Shown here piece after piece: positions 39,880 through 51,593 of a DNA stretch of 64,000 nucleotides. Location: the NCBI GenBank assembly GCA_965218095.1, contig OZ244587.1:4704001-4768000 (forward strand). The letters run 5' to 3'. Position 1 is the first letter of the stretch. Each line of letters begins with the position of its first letter. Source of the stretch: Candidatus Poribacteria bacterium (GTDB lineage: Bacteria > Poribacteria > WGA-4E > PCPOR2b). Under the pieces are notes generated by a model that had not been told where the DNA came from, ran no database searches, and worked only from the letters and a program-made list of their open reading frames with translations. The position numbers and the translations under genes are program-made.

Positions 39880-42432
39880 ATGCCAAAGTATACATATGAC
39901 CCCGCGACCATTGAGCCGAAGTGGCAGGCGGTGTGGGAAGAACGCAAAACCTTTCGTACACCCTCGCATCCGAAGGAATGGGAAGGAAAACCGAAGTATT
40001 ATATCCTTGATATGTTTCCGTATCCGTCCGGTGCGGGGTTACACATCGGACATCCAGAAGGCTACACCGCCACCGATGTAATTGCTCGCATGCGTCGAAT
40101 GCAGGGCTACAACGTACTACACCCGATGGGTTGGGATGCGTTTGGGCTACCAACTGAGCGTGCCGCTGTGCGTGAGGATATTCACCCTGCTGTCATCACC
40201 AAGCGAAATATTGATAACTTTCGACAGCAAATTAAACGAATTGGATTTTCGTATGATTGGGGTCGCGAAATCAACACCGCGTCACCGGATTACTACAAAT
40301 GGACGCAATGGATTTTCCTCAAGCTCTACGAAAAGGGATTGGCTTATCTAGCGGAAGTTCCTGTGAATTGGTGTCCGGCACTCGGCACAGTCCTGGCCAA
40401 CGAGGAGGTCAAAGAGGGAAAGTACGTTGAGACGGGAGATCCGGTTGAGCGAAGGCTGATGCGCCAGTGGATGCTGAAGATCACCGTATATGCAGAGCGG
40501 CTTTTGGAGGACCTGGACACAGTAGATTGGCCTGATGGCATTAAAGAAATGCAGCGTAACTGGATCGGTAAGTCGGAGGGGGCAGACATCGAATTCGTGA
40601 TCAGCAATACCGACCTTTCGTTCACCGTTTTCACAACACGACCCGATACTTTGTTTGGCGCGACCTATTGTGTTTTCGCACCGGAACATCCATTCGTCGA
40701 ACAGATTACGACCGGGGCGCAGAAAGGGGTTGTGCAAGCGTATGTCACGGAAACGCAGAGCAAATCTGACCTCCAGCGAACCGACCTCGCCAGAGAGAAA
40801 ACGGGTGTCTTCACGGGGGCCTACGCGGTTAATTCAGCGAACAATCAGTCGATTCCAATTTGGGTTGCTGATTACGTCCTGATATCCTACGGTACAGGTG
40901 CGATTATGGCTGTTCCCGGCCATGATGAACGTGACCATGAGTTTGCACGGGAATTTAGTCTGCCTATCGTCGAAGTTGTGGCCGGCGGCGAAAAGCCAAT
41001 CGAAGTGGAAGCATTCATCGGCGATGGCGTCAACGTAAATAGCGGTTTTCTCAACGGACTCGAGACGGAGGCCGCAAAGCAGAAGATGGTCAATTGGCTT
41101 GAAAAAGAAGGGAAGGGGGCACGGCAGGTGCAGTATCGCTTGCGCGATTGGCTCTTCTCCCGGCAGCGTTACTGGGGCGAACCTTTTCCAATTGTGCATC
41201 TCGAAGACAGAACAATTTTGACGATTCCGGAAAATCAACTTCCTGTGGAACTGCCGCCTATTGACGAATACAAACCGACACCCGACGGCAAGCCACCGCT
41301 TGCCCGCGCTAATGATAGCTGGCTGATGGTCGAACTGCCGGATGGTCGCAAGGGCGTTCCGGAAATGAACACAATGCCGCAATGGGCAGGCTCCTGCTGG
41401 TACTACCTCCGCTTTATCGACCCACACAACGACGAGCAGGCGTGGTTGCCGGATGCTGAGAAGTACTGGATGCCGGTCGATCTCTATGTCGGCGGTGCAG
41501 AACACGCGGTCCTCCACCTGCTCTACGCACGCTTTTGGCACAAGGTGCTGTACGATTGTGGTTTTGTCTCCACGAAGGAACCGTTCCAGAAACTCTTCAA
41601 CCAAGGTATGATCCTTGCCTATTCCTACCAAGATGATAACGGCAAATATTATTCACTGAGCGAGGTGGAGGAACGGAACGGAAAATGGTTCGTTAAGGCG
41701 ACCGGTCTGCCCGTTACCACTCAGGTCGAGAAGATGTCTAAATCTCGTCTCAATGTCATCAATCCCGACGAAGTCATTGACGTATACGGTGGCGATGCGT
41801 TGCGGCTGTACGAACTTTTCATCGGTCCCCTCAGCGTGAGTGCACCGTGGCAGATGAACGGTGCCGATGGTGTCTACCGCTTCCTGCAACGGATCTGGCG
41901 TCTTGTTGTTGATGAACGGACTGGCGAACTGAATGACAAGCTGACTGATGCCTCCACTGACAGCGATCCGGAACTATGGAAGGTACTGCATCAGACCATT
42001 AAAGGGGTTACTGAGGATGCCGAGTCCATTGACAAGATGAATACCGCCATCAGTCAGATGATGGTCTTTATAAACGCTGCTACACAAGCCCAAACTGTTT
42101 CCAAGGAAACGATGAAGACGTTCCTGCAACTGCTCGCGCCTTATGCCCCTCACATTGCCGAAGAGCTGTGGGACCGCCTCGGTGAGACAGAGCTAATCGC
42201 GCATGCTTCTTGGCCCACTCATGACCTAGAAGCCCTCAAGCGTGAGGAAGTCACCATCGTTGTCCAAGTCAACGGAAAACTACGCAGCCGAATCCAACTT
42301 CCCGTTGATTCAAGTAACGAGGAAGTTGAGGCCGCCGTCCTCGCCGATGCACGCATCCAGAAGTACATTGAAGGAAAACCGGTGCGGAAATTCATCGTTG
42401 TTCCCAATCGCCTGGCGAATGTCGTGGTGTGA
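39880..42432 (+). CDS. leuS: Leucyl-tRNA synthetase
   Basis: [44 protein letters not shown]. Confidence 0.99.
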   Translation: MPKYTYDPATIEPKWQAVWEERKTFRTPSHPKEWEGKPKYYILDMFPYPSGAGLHIGHPEGYTATDVIARMRRMQGYNVLHPMGWDAFGLPTERAAVREDIHPAVITKRNIDNFRQQIKRIGFSYDWGREINTASPDYYKWTQWIFLKLYEKGLAYLAEVPVNWCPALGTVLANEEVKEGKYVETGDPVERRLMRQWMLKITVYAERLLEDLDTVDWPDGIKEMQRNWIGKSEGADIEFVISNTDLSFTVFTTRPDTLFGATYCVFAPEHPFVEQITTGAQKGVVQAYVTETQSKSDLQRTDLAREKTGVFTGAYAVNSANNQSIPIWVADYVLISYGTGAIMAVPGHDERDHEFAREFSLPIVEVVAGGEKPIEVEAFIGDGVNVNSGFLNGLETEAAKQKMVNWLEKEGKGARQVQYRLRDWLFSRQRYWGEPFPIVHLEDRTILTIPENQLPVELPPIDEYKPTPDGKPPLARANDSWLMVELPDGRKGVPEMNTMPQWAGSCWYYLRFIDPHNDEQAWLPDAEKYWMPVDLYVGGAEHAVLHLLYARFWHKVLYDCGFVSTKEPFQKLFNQGMILAYSYQDDNGKYYSLSEVEERNGKWFVKATGLPVTTQVEKMSKSRLNVINPDEVIDVYGGDALRLYELFIGPLSVSAPWQMNGADGVYRFLQRIWRLVVDERTGELNDKLTDASTDSDPELWKVLHQTIKGVTEDAESIDKMNTAISQMMVFINAATQAQTVSKETMKTFLQLLAPYAPHIAEELWDRLGETELIAHASWPTHDLEALKREEVTIVVQVNGKLRSRIQLPVDSSNEEVEAAVLADARIQKYIEGKPVRKFIVVPNRLANVVV

Positions 42433-42612
42433 TGGCGAGAGTTGCTTCAACATGTGCATTTGATCGCCGACTAGAGAATATGTATAGAATAGAGAACGAA
42501 GGAAACTACGGATTTCGTAGCCTTACACGGACTAAAGATCTGCATAATCCTACGAAATCTGTGGAATTATTTAGCACCTAAACAATGCAAACAACTACAA
42601 CCGGGAGAAACC

Positions 42613-42966
42613 ATGTCAGAAGAAACAATCTTTAGCAAGATTATCCGAAAAGAGAGCCCTGCTGACATCCTGTATCAGGATGATTTGGTCACCGCTTTCC
42701 GAGACATCAGCGCCCGAGCGCCAACGCATGTTTTGATTGTTCCGAACAAACTCATCCCTACCGTTGATGACATCACCCCAGCGGATGAACCGACTTTGGG
42801 CAGAATGTTTACTGTCGCGTCGAAAGTCGCAAAAGATGAGGAAATTGCCAAGGATGGCTACCGTTTAATTGTCAACTGTCGGCGGCATGGGGGGCAAGAC
42901 GTTTATCATCTGCACATGCACCTGCTTGGCGGGCGTCCGTTAGGTCTAATGCTGGCGAGGACATAA
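42613..42966 (+). CDS. hinT: HIT-family purine nucleoside phosphoramidase
   Basis: [22 protein letters not shown] histidine triad. Confidence 0.93.
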   Translation: MSEETIFSKIIRKESPADILYQDDLVTAFRDISARAPTHVLIVPNKLIPTVDDITPADEPTLGRMFTVASKVAKDEEIAKDGYRLIVNCRRHGGQDVYHLHMHLLGGRPLGLMLART

Positions 42967-43178
42967 CACCGAAACCGGGATTCAATCATTTTTAAGGAGA
43001 TGAGCACCATAGAAAGTCGAGAGATTGGCTAAGAAACAAAGCGTTTTCATAAACCCGTTTTTTCTCTATGCCATTTCGTTGATGGCAGCCAACTTCAAAG
43101 CCCAATGTGGAAGCCCCCGTTTTCACGTTTTACGCATTACGTTTCACGCATCACATCTGGAGGTGTTTACATTCTATA

Positions 43179-44849
43179 ATGTCTGAAAATCGAGCCGAAA
43201 ACGTGTCGATTATTCCCATCGGTGGGTTAGCGGAGTTCGGCATGAATATGATGGTCTATGAATATGGTGATGAGCTCATCGTCATTGATGCTGGGCTCAT
43301 GTTTCCAGAAGCCGATATGCCCGGCGTGGATTTGGTGTTCCCAGACATCACATACTTGCTTGAGAACCGAGATAAAGTTAAAGGTGTTATCATTACTCAT
43401 GCGCATGAAGACCATGTGGGAGGACTTGCATTTTTTCTTCGCCAGATTAACGTCTCCGTTTACGGCACAGAATTAACCCTCGCCTTAGCGAAAGGACGGT
43501 TACGCGAATATAATGTTTTAGCAGATGCACAATTGAACATCATTCACCCGGATGATACCCTACAACTCGGCTGTTTCAAACTGGAATTCATTCATGTTTC
43601 CCACAGCATTCCTGATGCGGTCGCGGTTGCTATTCATACCCCTGTCGGAATCATCGTCCATGCTAGCGACTTTAAATTCGATCAAACCCCCGTTGACGAT
43701 CGCCTGACCGAAATTCACAAGCTTGCTGCACTCGGTGAAAAAGGGGTTTTACTGCTTTTATCTGACAGCACCAACGCCGATCGACCGGATTTCACGCCTT
43801 CCGAGCGTGCAATCTATCGCGATCTGGATCAGATCTTTCAAAAGGCGGAGAACTGCCTGTTTCTGGCAACGTTTTCGTCGAGCCTGCATCGTATTCAACA
43901 ATTTATAGATCTCGCAATCGCCCATCGCCGCCTGATCGCGGTTACCGGGCGTTCGATGATTGGTAATATCCGAACGGCATCAGAGTTGGGCTATTTAGAT
44001 GTGCCGCACAACCTCCTGATCGATGCGCGAGAGGTCAAACACTTTCAGCCCCACGAAGTTGTTGTGCTCAGCACTGGCAGTCAAGGCGAGCCCCGGTCTG
44101 CTATGGCATTGATGGGGATGGATAATCATGCGTTCCTGCATATTGAACCGGGGGATACCGTCGTAATTTCCGCACGGTTGATTCCCGGTAATGAGCGATC
44201 AGTCAGGCACATGATAAATCACCTGCTGCGGCGTGGGGCGCGTGTCTTCCATGAAAGGAATGCTAATGTTCACGTTTCAGGGCACGGGGCACAGGAAGAT
44301 CTCAAGCTGATGATGAACCTCGTTCGTCCCAAATTCTTTGTGCCAATGCACGGAGAATATAGCAATCTGGTACAGCACGCTGAACTTGCAGAGACGATTG
44401 GCATCCCTCCAGAAAACATCACTGTTGCTGAAGATGGGGACCGCCTCCTGCTGACCGACAATTCCTGCGGCATTCATGGGAGAGTTCCGACGGGGCGTGT
44501 TTTCGTGGATGGGAAGTTAGAGATGGGTATCGACGACATCGTGGTACATGACCGGCAGCAACTTGCGGAAGATGGTATGGTCATTCCGATTGTGGTCCTC
44601 AACAGCAACAGTGGAGAGCTTGCCACAGGTCCGGATATTGTTTCCAGAGGCTTTGTCTATATGGATGAATCCAAAGATCTAATGAACGAAGCCAAAGAGA
44701 TCGTCATCCGTGCAATCGAGCAACTTAGCCCGGAGAGCAAGAGCGAAGAGGAAACAGTGCAGGAAGAAATTCGGATTGTCCTGCGTCGGTTCTTCAAGCA
44801 GAAAACGGATCGACGTCCAATGGTACTGCCTATGGTCATGCGGGTCTAA
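43179..44849 (+). CDS. rnj: Ribonuclease J
   Basis: THAHEDHVG, HSIPD, DFKFD, TGSQGEP, HVSGH, PMHGE. Confidence 0.97.
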   Translation: MSENRAENVSIIPIGGLAEFGMNMMVYEYGDELIVIDAGLMFPEADMPGVDLVFPDITYLLENRDKVKGVIITHAHEDHVGGLAFFLRQINVSVYGTELTLALAKGRLREYNVLADAQLNIIHPDDTLQLGCFKLEFIHVSHSIPDAVAVAIHTPVGIIVHASDFKFDQTPVDDRLTEIHKLAALGEKGVLLLLSDSTNADRPDFTPSERAIYRDLDQIFQKAENCLFLATFSSSLHRIQQFIDLAIAHRRLIAVTGRSMIGNIRTASELGYLDVPHNLLIDAREVKHFQPHEVVVLSTGSQGEPRSAMALMGMDNHAFLHIEPGDTVVISARLIPGNERSVRHMINHLLRRGARVFHERNANVHVSGHGAQEDLKLMMNLVRPKFFVPMHGEYSNLVQHAELAETIGIPPENITVAEDGDRLLLTDNSCGIHGRVPTGRVFVDGKLEMGIDDIVVHDRQQLAEDGMVIPIVVLNSNSGELATGPDIVSRGFVYMDESKDLMNEAKEIVIRAIEQLSPESKSEEETVQEEIRIVLRRFFKQKTDRRPMVLPMVMRV

Positions 44850-45554
44850 TTGCCGATTATGGTGCCCGATTTTGCCTTGATTTTTCCCATGATGTGCTTC
44901 ATACTGAAAGGAACATAATGGGAAATGACAAGTTCCGCCTCGCGGAATCCTCGCGGAACAGGATCTCATTCGGTATAATTTATACCTTGACTTTGGTAAA
45001 TTAAAAAGAGATCGTTGGCAGATCCGTTGGTCGCTCCGGTCTTCGACCGAGAATCTTCGACTTGCCCCCCCGGCCCCCCAATGCTGGCTAACTATTACCC
45101 ATAAGTCCGCAAACTCGCATGGGCAGCGGGTTTGCTCCCTCTCCCTTGACGGCCGGGGTGAGGATGAAAAGCGCCTCATGTCGGCCACTGGGGAATGATG
45201 CGGTTTGCCGCCCCTTCACCCTAACCCTCTCCCACGAGGGGAGACGGAACTTATCGGCTGCGGCCCAATATGTAGGTAATAGTAAGCCAATGCTGGGGGG
45301 AGAATCGCCGAAACTCCTGAAGCCTGCCCCGATCCATCGGGGAATGTGGATAGCGTAGAACCTAACCAGCCGTGTGCGCCGCAGTTGACGGCGGGGAGTT
45401 GTGGGTTTATGAAGGTTTTTGGGGTTGCGGTGGGTTTTGGTTTGTCGAATGCTTTCGGCAACCCTCGCCGCAACTGAATTTTTCCTCGTTAGCCCCCGAT
45501 CAAAGGTCGGGGGCTACGACTACAAAAACTTATGGTCAGCTACTAATAATCAAC

Positions 45555-45598
45555 TCTTATCCGAAGATTGAAGAATTCTTATCCGAAGATTGAAGAAT
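45555..45598. repeat. Perfect 22-bp tandem duplication
   Basis: TCTTATCCGAAGATTGAAGAAT x2. Confidence 0.9.
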
Positions 45599-45649
45599 CA
45601 AGCAAGAACCCAACATGTCATTCTAAAGTCCAACTATGAATAACCGAAT

Positions 45650-46648
45650 ATGAATAACCGAATTTTACCGACAGTTGCAATCACTATCGGCGATCCGGCT
45701 GGAATTGGCCCTGAAGTGGTCATGAAGGCACTGGCTGATCCTGCCCTGTTAAATTTGGCTCGCTGGATTATTCTTGGCGATGCAGGCATTCTGGACCTGG
45801 CTGGGACGCAGGTGAGTTTGGACCCACCGGGTTGCGTCGTTGACAATGTTTCACAGCGTCCGACAGAAGCGCAGGTGTGCGTGCTGGATTTACACCAACT
45901 GGAGCCTTCCCAATTTATCGCCGGAAAACTCAGTGCAGCCTGTGGGCGTGCAGCTCTCGAATATGTACGAGTGGCAACTCAGCTTTGTCTTGATGGTCAG
46001 TCTGACGCCATGGTGACCGCGCCTTTGAACAAAGAGGCAGTGGCTTTAACGGGTCAGCGTTTTTCAGGCCACACAGAATTTATCGCTGACCTGTGCGGCG
46101 TCGCAGAATCACGTATGTTGCTTGTCAACGACCGTCTGCAAGTGATTCATGTTTCTACGCATCGTTCGTTGCGGAGCGCTTGTGAGTTGGAGACGCCCAG
46201 AATTCTACGCACCATCCAGTTAGGGCACGAGGCACTCCAATTGCTTGGCTTTCCCCGTCCGCGCATTGCCGTGTGTGGACTCAACCCACACGCCGGCGAA
46301 AATGGATTGTTCGGCGTTGAGGATAGCGAATTCATTACCCCGGCAATTCAATCTGCACAGAATATGGGGATTATCTGCGAAGGGCCGTTTGCTGCCGATA
46401 CACTTTTCATAAAAGCAGTTAAGGGGGCGTACGATCTGGTAGTTGCAATGTATCACGATCAGGGGCATATCCCCATGAAGTTGCTCGATTTTGAACACAC
46501 CGTCAACGTCTCCCTGGGGCTTCCCATCATTCGGACTTCTGTGGATCATGGTACCGCTTTTGACATCGCTGGCAAAAATCAGGCGGACCCCAGCAGCATG
46601 AAGGCTGCCTTGAAACTGGCAGTCACTATGTCCCTCAATAGACGCTAA
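45650..46648 (+). CDS. pdxA: 4-hydroxythreonine-4-phosphate dehydrogenase family (PdxA/PdxA2)
   Basis: GDPAGIGPE, GHTE, LNPHAGE, MYHDQG, RTSVDHGTAFDIAG. Confidence 0.92.
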   Translation: MNNRILPTVAITIGDPAGIGPEVVMKALADPALLNLARWIILGDAGILDLAGTQVSLDPPGCVVDNVSQRPTEAQVCVLDLHQLEPSQFIAGKLSAACGRAALEYVRVATQLCLDGQSDAMVTAPLNKEAVALTGQRFSGHTEFIADLCGVAESRMLLVNDRLQVIHVSTHRSLRSACELETPRILRTIQLGHEALQLLGFPRPRIAVCGLNPHAGENGLFGVEDSEFITPAIQSAQNMGIICEGPFAADTLFIKAVKGAYDLVVAMYHDQGHIPMKLLDFEHTVNVSLGLPIIRTSVDHGTAFDIAGKNQADPSSMKAALKLAVTMSLNRR

Positions 46649-46779
46649 TCTTGTAGGATAAGCGAATACTTGATTACGCAAGATTTTCTGGATACAGATA
46701 TTTTCGCTCATGGAAAGGAGGATGCCACAGTGCTTAAAGCTGACCGCCTCCCCACCCGCGAAGAAATACAGAAACATTC

Positions 46780-47060
46780 CAGAAAAGCGTGGGAGGTCTA
46801 TGTGCGTGCGGCACGCTTCGAAGGGAACCAGGTAGGAACCTTTCTTGATTAGGCAAATTTCTATGACAATACCCAAACAAATTGACGAAGCCGCCGTATT
46901 TGTTGCGAAACACGTCCGCTTCGGCTGGGATACTGATGAAATGCCGCGAAACGCATGGCAAGATCGCCCGTGAATACCAAACTCCCTGCTCTATTGACCA
47001 GAATACTGCCTACCGCGATCCACTTGAGTTGGTAAATCGAGAAATTTTAAGACGTGAAGG
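46780..47060 (+). pseudogene. Possible remnant of a Schlafen/AlbA_2-associated ATP-binding regulator
   Basis: Fragments VRAARFEGNQVGTFLD, TIPKQIDEAAVFVAKH and AREY..LELVN lie in shifting frames. Confidence 0.35.
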
Positions 47061-47180
47061 CAAAGATCATTCAACGCGTTATCTGATGATTATGGGATGG
47101 TTATGGGATCACCAGTCACCAAATATAGGAAACTCTCCCAAAAATGACCGAATAATGAATTCAAAAATAGGAAAAGACAA

Positions 47181-50057
47181 ATGAAGTTATTTAAGCCGAC
47201 GCTCATCGGGCTACTGCTACTCCTTTTGATACATTCAATCGTAGTGCCTACGATGGCCGATGACGTGGAAAAGTGGCGAAAAGAGCTACAAAAGGATTAC
47301 GGTAAAGCCTTAAAGGAAAAGAAGAAGGAAAAACAGGCCAAACGCCACCGGGGTCTAGTCAGCAAATGGAAAGAGAAAGGGCGTCTCACCAACCTGATTC
47401 TCCTGTACGAAGCAGATGCCGAAACTGAACGTGCTGATGCCGCCCTACATTACGGACTGGGATACGCTTACGCCATTCAAGGAAGTGGAGGGGAGAACCA
47501 AGCCTCGTTATTTGAAAAGGCAGCCAATCAGTTTGAGAGTGCTATATCGCTTGCGCCGGATATGCCGCTGGCGCATTTTAGCCTTGGCGGTATCTACCAG
47601 CAACAGGGCAGGTTAGATCTCGCATCGCAGGAGATGGAGATATGCTTACAATTGAACCCCAAGCATTATCCTGCCCACTATAAACTTGGCGAAATCTACC
47701 TGGAACAAGATAACGCCGAAGCTGCCCTTGAGTCATTTCAGGCAGCGTTGAAAATTAACCGGAAATGGGGATATCCTCACTACGGAATGGGATTAGCTCA
47801 TTTCAAGCGGGGGAATGACAACGCGGCAAGGGCGGCCTTTGAGGAAGCTATAAATCGTAATCAGAAATTCGCACCTGCGCATTTCAAACTCGGACAAGTC
47901 CTTGCTAAGGAACGTTTCTTCGAGGAGGCGTGGCAAGAATATGCAGAGGGGGCGAAATACCAACCCTACACGGCCGAGGGTTTGTATGAACTCGGTGTGA
48001 TTTTCGCTCAAGAAGGGAACCAGGAAGGGGCAATCAGTATATATCAACGTGTTCTCAACAACATCAATTCGGGGTTTGCCCCTGCGCTCTTCCAGCTTGG
48101 CGAAATCTACTATGCGACAAATCAGGAAGAACTCGCGATTGAACACTATCAGCGGGCGATCGAAGCGGATGCTTCCCTCAAGGATTACTTCATCAAACAA
48201 CTGGAGCCGTACCACATGGGATTGATGGGGACGGATGAGGCGAAATCCATCCTTGATAGATCTCACGCTGTCACTCCAGACGATCCGCGCGCTTATTTCT
48301 ATTACGGCCAAATCGAGGCTGACGCGGGAAATTTGACCGCCGCGATTCAATACTATGAAAAGACGATTGCGTTGATTGAGTCTGATGAGCGCTATCTGGA
48401 TGTAGAATTGCCCCTGAGTGGCTTCTTGGATGCTTATACATTTCTGGGAGGTGTCTACTACCAACAAGGTGATAGCGAAAAGGCGATGGCGACTTATAGA
48501 CGCGCGATCGAATTAGATTCGACATTGGAGCGGCATTTCTTCGATTTGGGCAAAGCGGCTTTCGATGCCGAACAGTATAATCTCGCAATCGAGCCTTTTA
48601 AGAAGTTCCTCCTCATCTATCCGGCGAACATTGAAGCAATGTACTGGCTTGGACGCAGCTACGAAGCATTAGAAGAGCTAGGCAACGCTTTGCAGTTTTA
48701 TGCGCGAACAGTCGAGTTGGATGCAAATCATAAGGATGCCCTGATGCGATCGGCGCAGATCTATCGCCAGCAAAACGATCCGGAAAACGCACTGACAATG
48801 CTGACCCGGCTGATTGCTATCGATCCGGAGAACGTCGAGGCACACTATCTGTCCGGGCTTTCACACCTTGAGTTAGAGCACCCTGATGATGCCCTTACTG
48901 CTTTCTTAAAGACCATTCGCTTCGAGCCCAACCACCTTGATGCGCACTACCGCGCGGGGCTACTGTATGAACAGAAGGGCGATACTGATAATGCGATTGA
49001 TCGATATGAAACGGCAATCGCGCTTGATCAATCGAGAACGGATGCATTTCTTCGCCTCGGGGCGATTTATCTCCAACGTGGCGAAAAAGATAATGTCATC
49101 CGGGTGTATGAACTGTGCTTGGCAGCTAACCCTAACCATCCGCAAGCACAGTACGACTTGGCGGTTATCTTTGAGGAGCAAGGAGAGAACGAAAAAGCGA
49201 TTAAGCGCTTCGGACTTGCGAACCAGTATGACGGAGAGCATTTTGATTGGCACTTTCGTTACGCCCGTCTGCTAGCGCACCATGCAGCGACGCTGGAGGA
49301 TTATGATCAGTATGCAGCGATGGCAGTCGAAGAATACGGCAAGACCATCGCGCTTAAAAACGACTATGCGCCGGCTTACTTCTATCGTGGACTGATCACC
49401 CGTCATTACAAACAGATTGGCGACGTCCTCTACCGCTACAGCCAGATCGTGGAGGACTTCAAACGGGTGATTGTGCTGGAACCGAAAAATCTCGACGCGC
49501 ACTACTACCTCGGCATGACGTATATGGATCTCGATCAACGTCACAAAGCGAGGGAGATCTTTCAGAAAGCCCTCAAACTCAATCGAAAGTATCAGGGCGT
49601 AAACCTTCAGCTTGGGCTGATTGCGGAGTGGGAGCAGAAATTTGCGGAAGCGATTGATTATTTTCAAAACGAAGTCGCCACTGATCCAAAGTCCATGAGA
49701 GCCTATCAGCGGCTTGGGGATCTCTACAACAATTACGAACTGGACTTCGGTCGTGCCAGAAAAGCCTTCGAGAAAGCCCTGGAGTTAGAACCCAACCATG
49801 TGCCGACGCTCCTTAACTACGGAAATACGCTCTATTATCTCGACCAGCCTGGCGCGGCGACAGAACAGTTTGAAATTGCGCTTCAGTTGGAACCCAAAGA
49901 GTGGACAGCAAACTACAATCTAGCCTTGATGTATGAGTACACCGGCAAAAAGCAGCAAGCGATTGATCGGTGGAAAAAATTCCTCAAATTGAATCCACCC
50001 GTTCAATGGAAAGCAGATGCCGAACAGCATTTGCAACAACTTGAAAGTCGGCAGTAG
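47181..50057 (+). CDS. Large secreted TPR protein
   Basis: Signal peptide MKLFKPTLIGLLLLLLIHS..MA; about 20 TPR units (AHYKLG, AHFKLG, AHYYLG). Confidence 0.92.
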   Translation: MKLFKPTLIGLLLLLLIHSIVVPTMADDVEKWRKELQKDYGKALKEKKKEKQAKRHRGLVSKWKEKGRLTNLILLYEADAETERADAALHYGLGYAYAIQGSGGENQASLFEKAANQFESAISLAPDMPLAHFSLGGIYQQQGRLDLASQEMEICLQLNPKHYPAHYKLGEIYLEQDNAEAALESFQAALKINRKWGYPHYGMGLAHFKRGNDNAARAAFEEAINRNQKFAPAHFKLGQVLAKERFFEEAWQEYAEGAKYQPYTAEGLYELGVIFAQEGNQEGAISIYQRVLNNINSGFAPALFQLGEIYYATNQEELAIEHYQRAIEADASLKDYFIKQLEPYHMGLMGTDEAKSILDRSHAVTPDDPRAYFYYGQIEADAGNLTAAIQYYEKTIALIESDERYLDVELPLSGFLDAYTFLGGVYYQQGDSEKAMATYRRAIELDSTLERHFFDLGKAAFDAEQYNLAIEPFKKFLLIYPANIEAMYWLGRSYEALEELGNALQFYARTVELDANHKDALMRSAQIYRQQNDPENALTMLTRLIAIDPENVEAHYLSGLSHLELEHPDDALTAFLKTIRFEPNHLDAHYRAGLLYEQKGDTDNAIDRYETAIALDQSRTDAFLRLGAIYLQRGEKDNVIRVYELCLAANPNHPQAQYDLAVIFEEQGENEKAIKRFGLANQYDGEHFDWHFRYARLLAHHAATLEDYDQYAAMAVEEYGKTIALKNDYAPAYFYRGLITRHYKQIGDVLYRYSQIVEDFKRVIVLEPKNLDAHYYLGMTYMDLDQRHKAREIFQKALKLNRKYQGVNLQLGLIAEWEQKFAEAIDYFQNEVATDPKSMRAYQRLGDLYNNYELDFGRARKAFEKALELEPNHVPTLLNYGNTLYYLDQPGAATEQFEIALQLEPKEWTANYNLALMYEYTGKKQQAIDRWKKFLKLNPPVQWKADAEQHLQQLESRQ

Positions 50058-50194
50058 GCCTAAAGCATCAGAGCTCTTAGGTTATCATTTTCCTGAATAA
50101 CCCAAGTTATCTTGCTTTTTTGTAATGGTCAATAGGATGATCGACACTTTTGCTCGCCAAATCCAAGCTGCAAATTGTAGGGTTCATTTAGAAA

Positions 50195-50223
50195 TTGACA
50201 GAAATCTGTATCCATGATAAAAT
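50195..50223 (+). promoter_or_regulatory. Sigma70-type promoter
   Basis: TTGACA-17 bp-TAAAAT with an extended TG. Confidence 0.65.
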
Positions 50224-50324
50224 CCTGATAGTTCTTGAAGCCCCCGGCTGTCTCAATTAAAATCGAAAGTCGGGGTTGGCCGGAGCATCGTGGATCCATG
50301 CACACAATCCAACAGGAGGTTGTA

Positions 50325-51437
50325 ATGTCTACAGATTCAGGTAACATCTACACAAAGTTAGGTGTACATCCGTTAATCAACGCTGAAGGAAACCAAACTG
50401 TGCGGGGTGGCTCTACGCCTTCTGCGCTGGTGAGGCAGGCGATGGAAGAGGCAGACATGAGCTATGTGGAGATGGAGGAGCTTCTCGAAAAGTCTGGAGC
50501 GTTTATCGCATCACTTCTGGACGTTGAAGCCGCCTACGTTACGGCTGGTTGCTATGCTGCGCTGGTGCTAAGTTCTGCTGCTGTCATGACCCATAATGAC
50601 CCGGAAAAAAGAGCCCAGCTCCCGGATACCACCGGTCTGAAGAACGAGATTATTCTCCAGAAGAAGCAGCGATATGGCTATGACAGAGCCTACACCGTCC
50701 CCGGTAGCAAACTGGTGATTGTGGGGGACGAGGACGGATGTACTCCAGAGCAACTGGAGAACGCTATTGGACCCAACACAGCGGCGATTGCCTACCTGAT
50801 TCAGCCTGACCAGGGAAATGCTGTCCCGCTGGAGGAGGCTGTCGAGATAGCTCATAGACACAATGTGCTCGCTATCGCTGACGGTGCAGCCCAGATCCAC
50901 CCGCTCGACTATTTTCGGCGGAATGCTCAGTCGGCTGACCTGGTATGCTTCGGCGGTAAATACTTCAACGCGCCGCACTCCACAGGTTTCGTGTGTGGGA
51001 AGAAGGATTTGATAACGGAGGTGACGGCCCACGGGTTTATCGGGCCTCGCCCAATCGGTCGGGGGATGAAGGTAGACCGGCAGGAAATCATTGGGTTTGT
51101 GACAGCTATCGATACCTGGTTCACCATGGACCATGAGAAGCGCTCCAGAGAACAGGATTCCAAGTATGCCGTTATTGCACAAGCGCTGGAGGGCATCTGC
51201 GGCGTGTCGACCGAGATTGTTCCCAAAAAAAGTCACACGTTGTCTGACCTTCATGTCACCTTTGATCCAAAAACTGTGGGCAAGAACGCAGAGCAGGTGT
51301 CTAGCGAGCTTGACGCAGGCAATCCCCGCATCAGAGTGCCCACCCAGGGCGACGATACTATCACCATTAACGCCTACACCCTGAATGTGGGAGAGGAATT
51401 CATCATAGCTAATAGGTTAAGGAGCCTGTTGCACTAG
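50325..51437 (+). CDS. SelA-like/DgaE-family PLP-dependent enzyme
   Basis: LGV.PLINA.G..T..GGS, ADLVCFGGKY, IGRGMKVDRQEI; AGGAGG RBS. Confidence 0.85.
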   Translation: MSTDSGNIYTKLGVHPLINAEGNQTVRGGSTPSALVRQAMEEADMSYVEMEELLEKSGAFIASLLDVEAAYVTAGCYAALVLSSAAVMTHNDPEKRAQLPDTTGLKNEIILQKKQRYGYDRAYTVPGSKLVIVGDEDGCTPEQLENAIGPNTAAIAYLIQPDQGNAVPLEEAVEIAHRHNVLAIADGAAQIHPLDYFRRNAQSADLVCFGGKYFNAPHSTGFVCGKKDLITEVTAHGFIGPRPIGRGMKVDRQEIIGFVTAIDTWFTMDHEKRSREQDSKYAVIAQALEGICGVSTEIVPKKSHTLSDLHVTFDPKTVGKNAEQVSSELDAGNPRIRVPTQGDDTITINAYTLNVGEEFIIANRLRSLLH

Positions 51438-51593
51438 CTAGACTAGGTAGTGCAGCAGGATGCCGAGACTTTAGCCGGGGAAGCCATTTCTTTGATCGGC
51501 TGAAAGCCTCAACCTCCGGCCCATATCCACCAGAATAAAATTGACCAGGGACTGGTACAGCGCGACGAAGGTTTTGGCCCCACCCCCCGAGAG

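Noticed and set aside
45365-45400. Group II intron domain V (AGCCGTGTGCG..)
   Set aside because: Lacks the GNRA loop, the complementary 3' arm and domain VI.
45555-45662. CRISPR-like direct repeats
   Set aside because: Only two abutting copies each, with no spacers and no cas genes.
50325-51437. True selenocysteine synthase selA
   Set aside because: No N-terminal tRNA-binding extension and no selB/selC context; it is DgaE-like.
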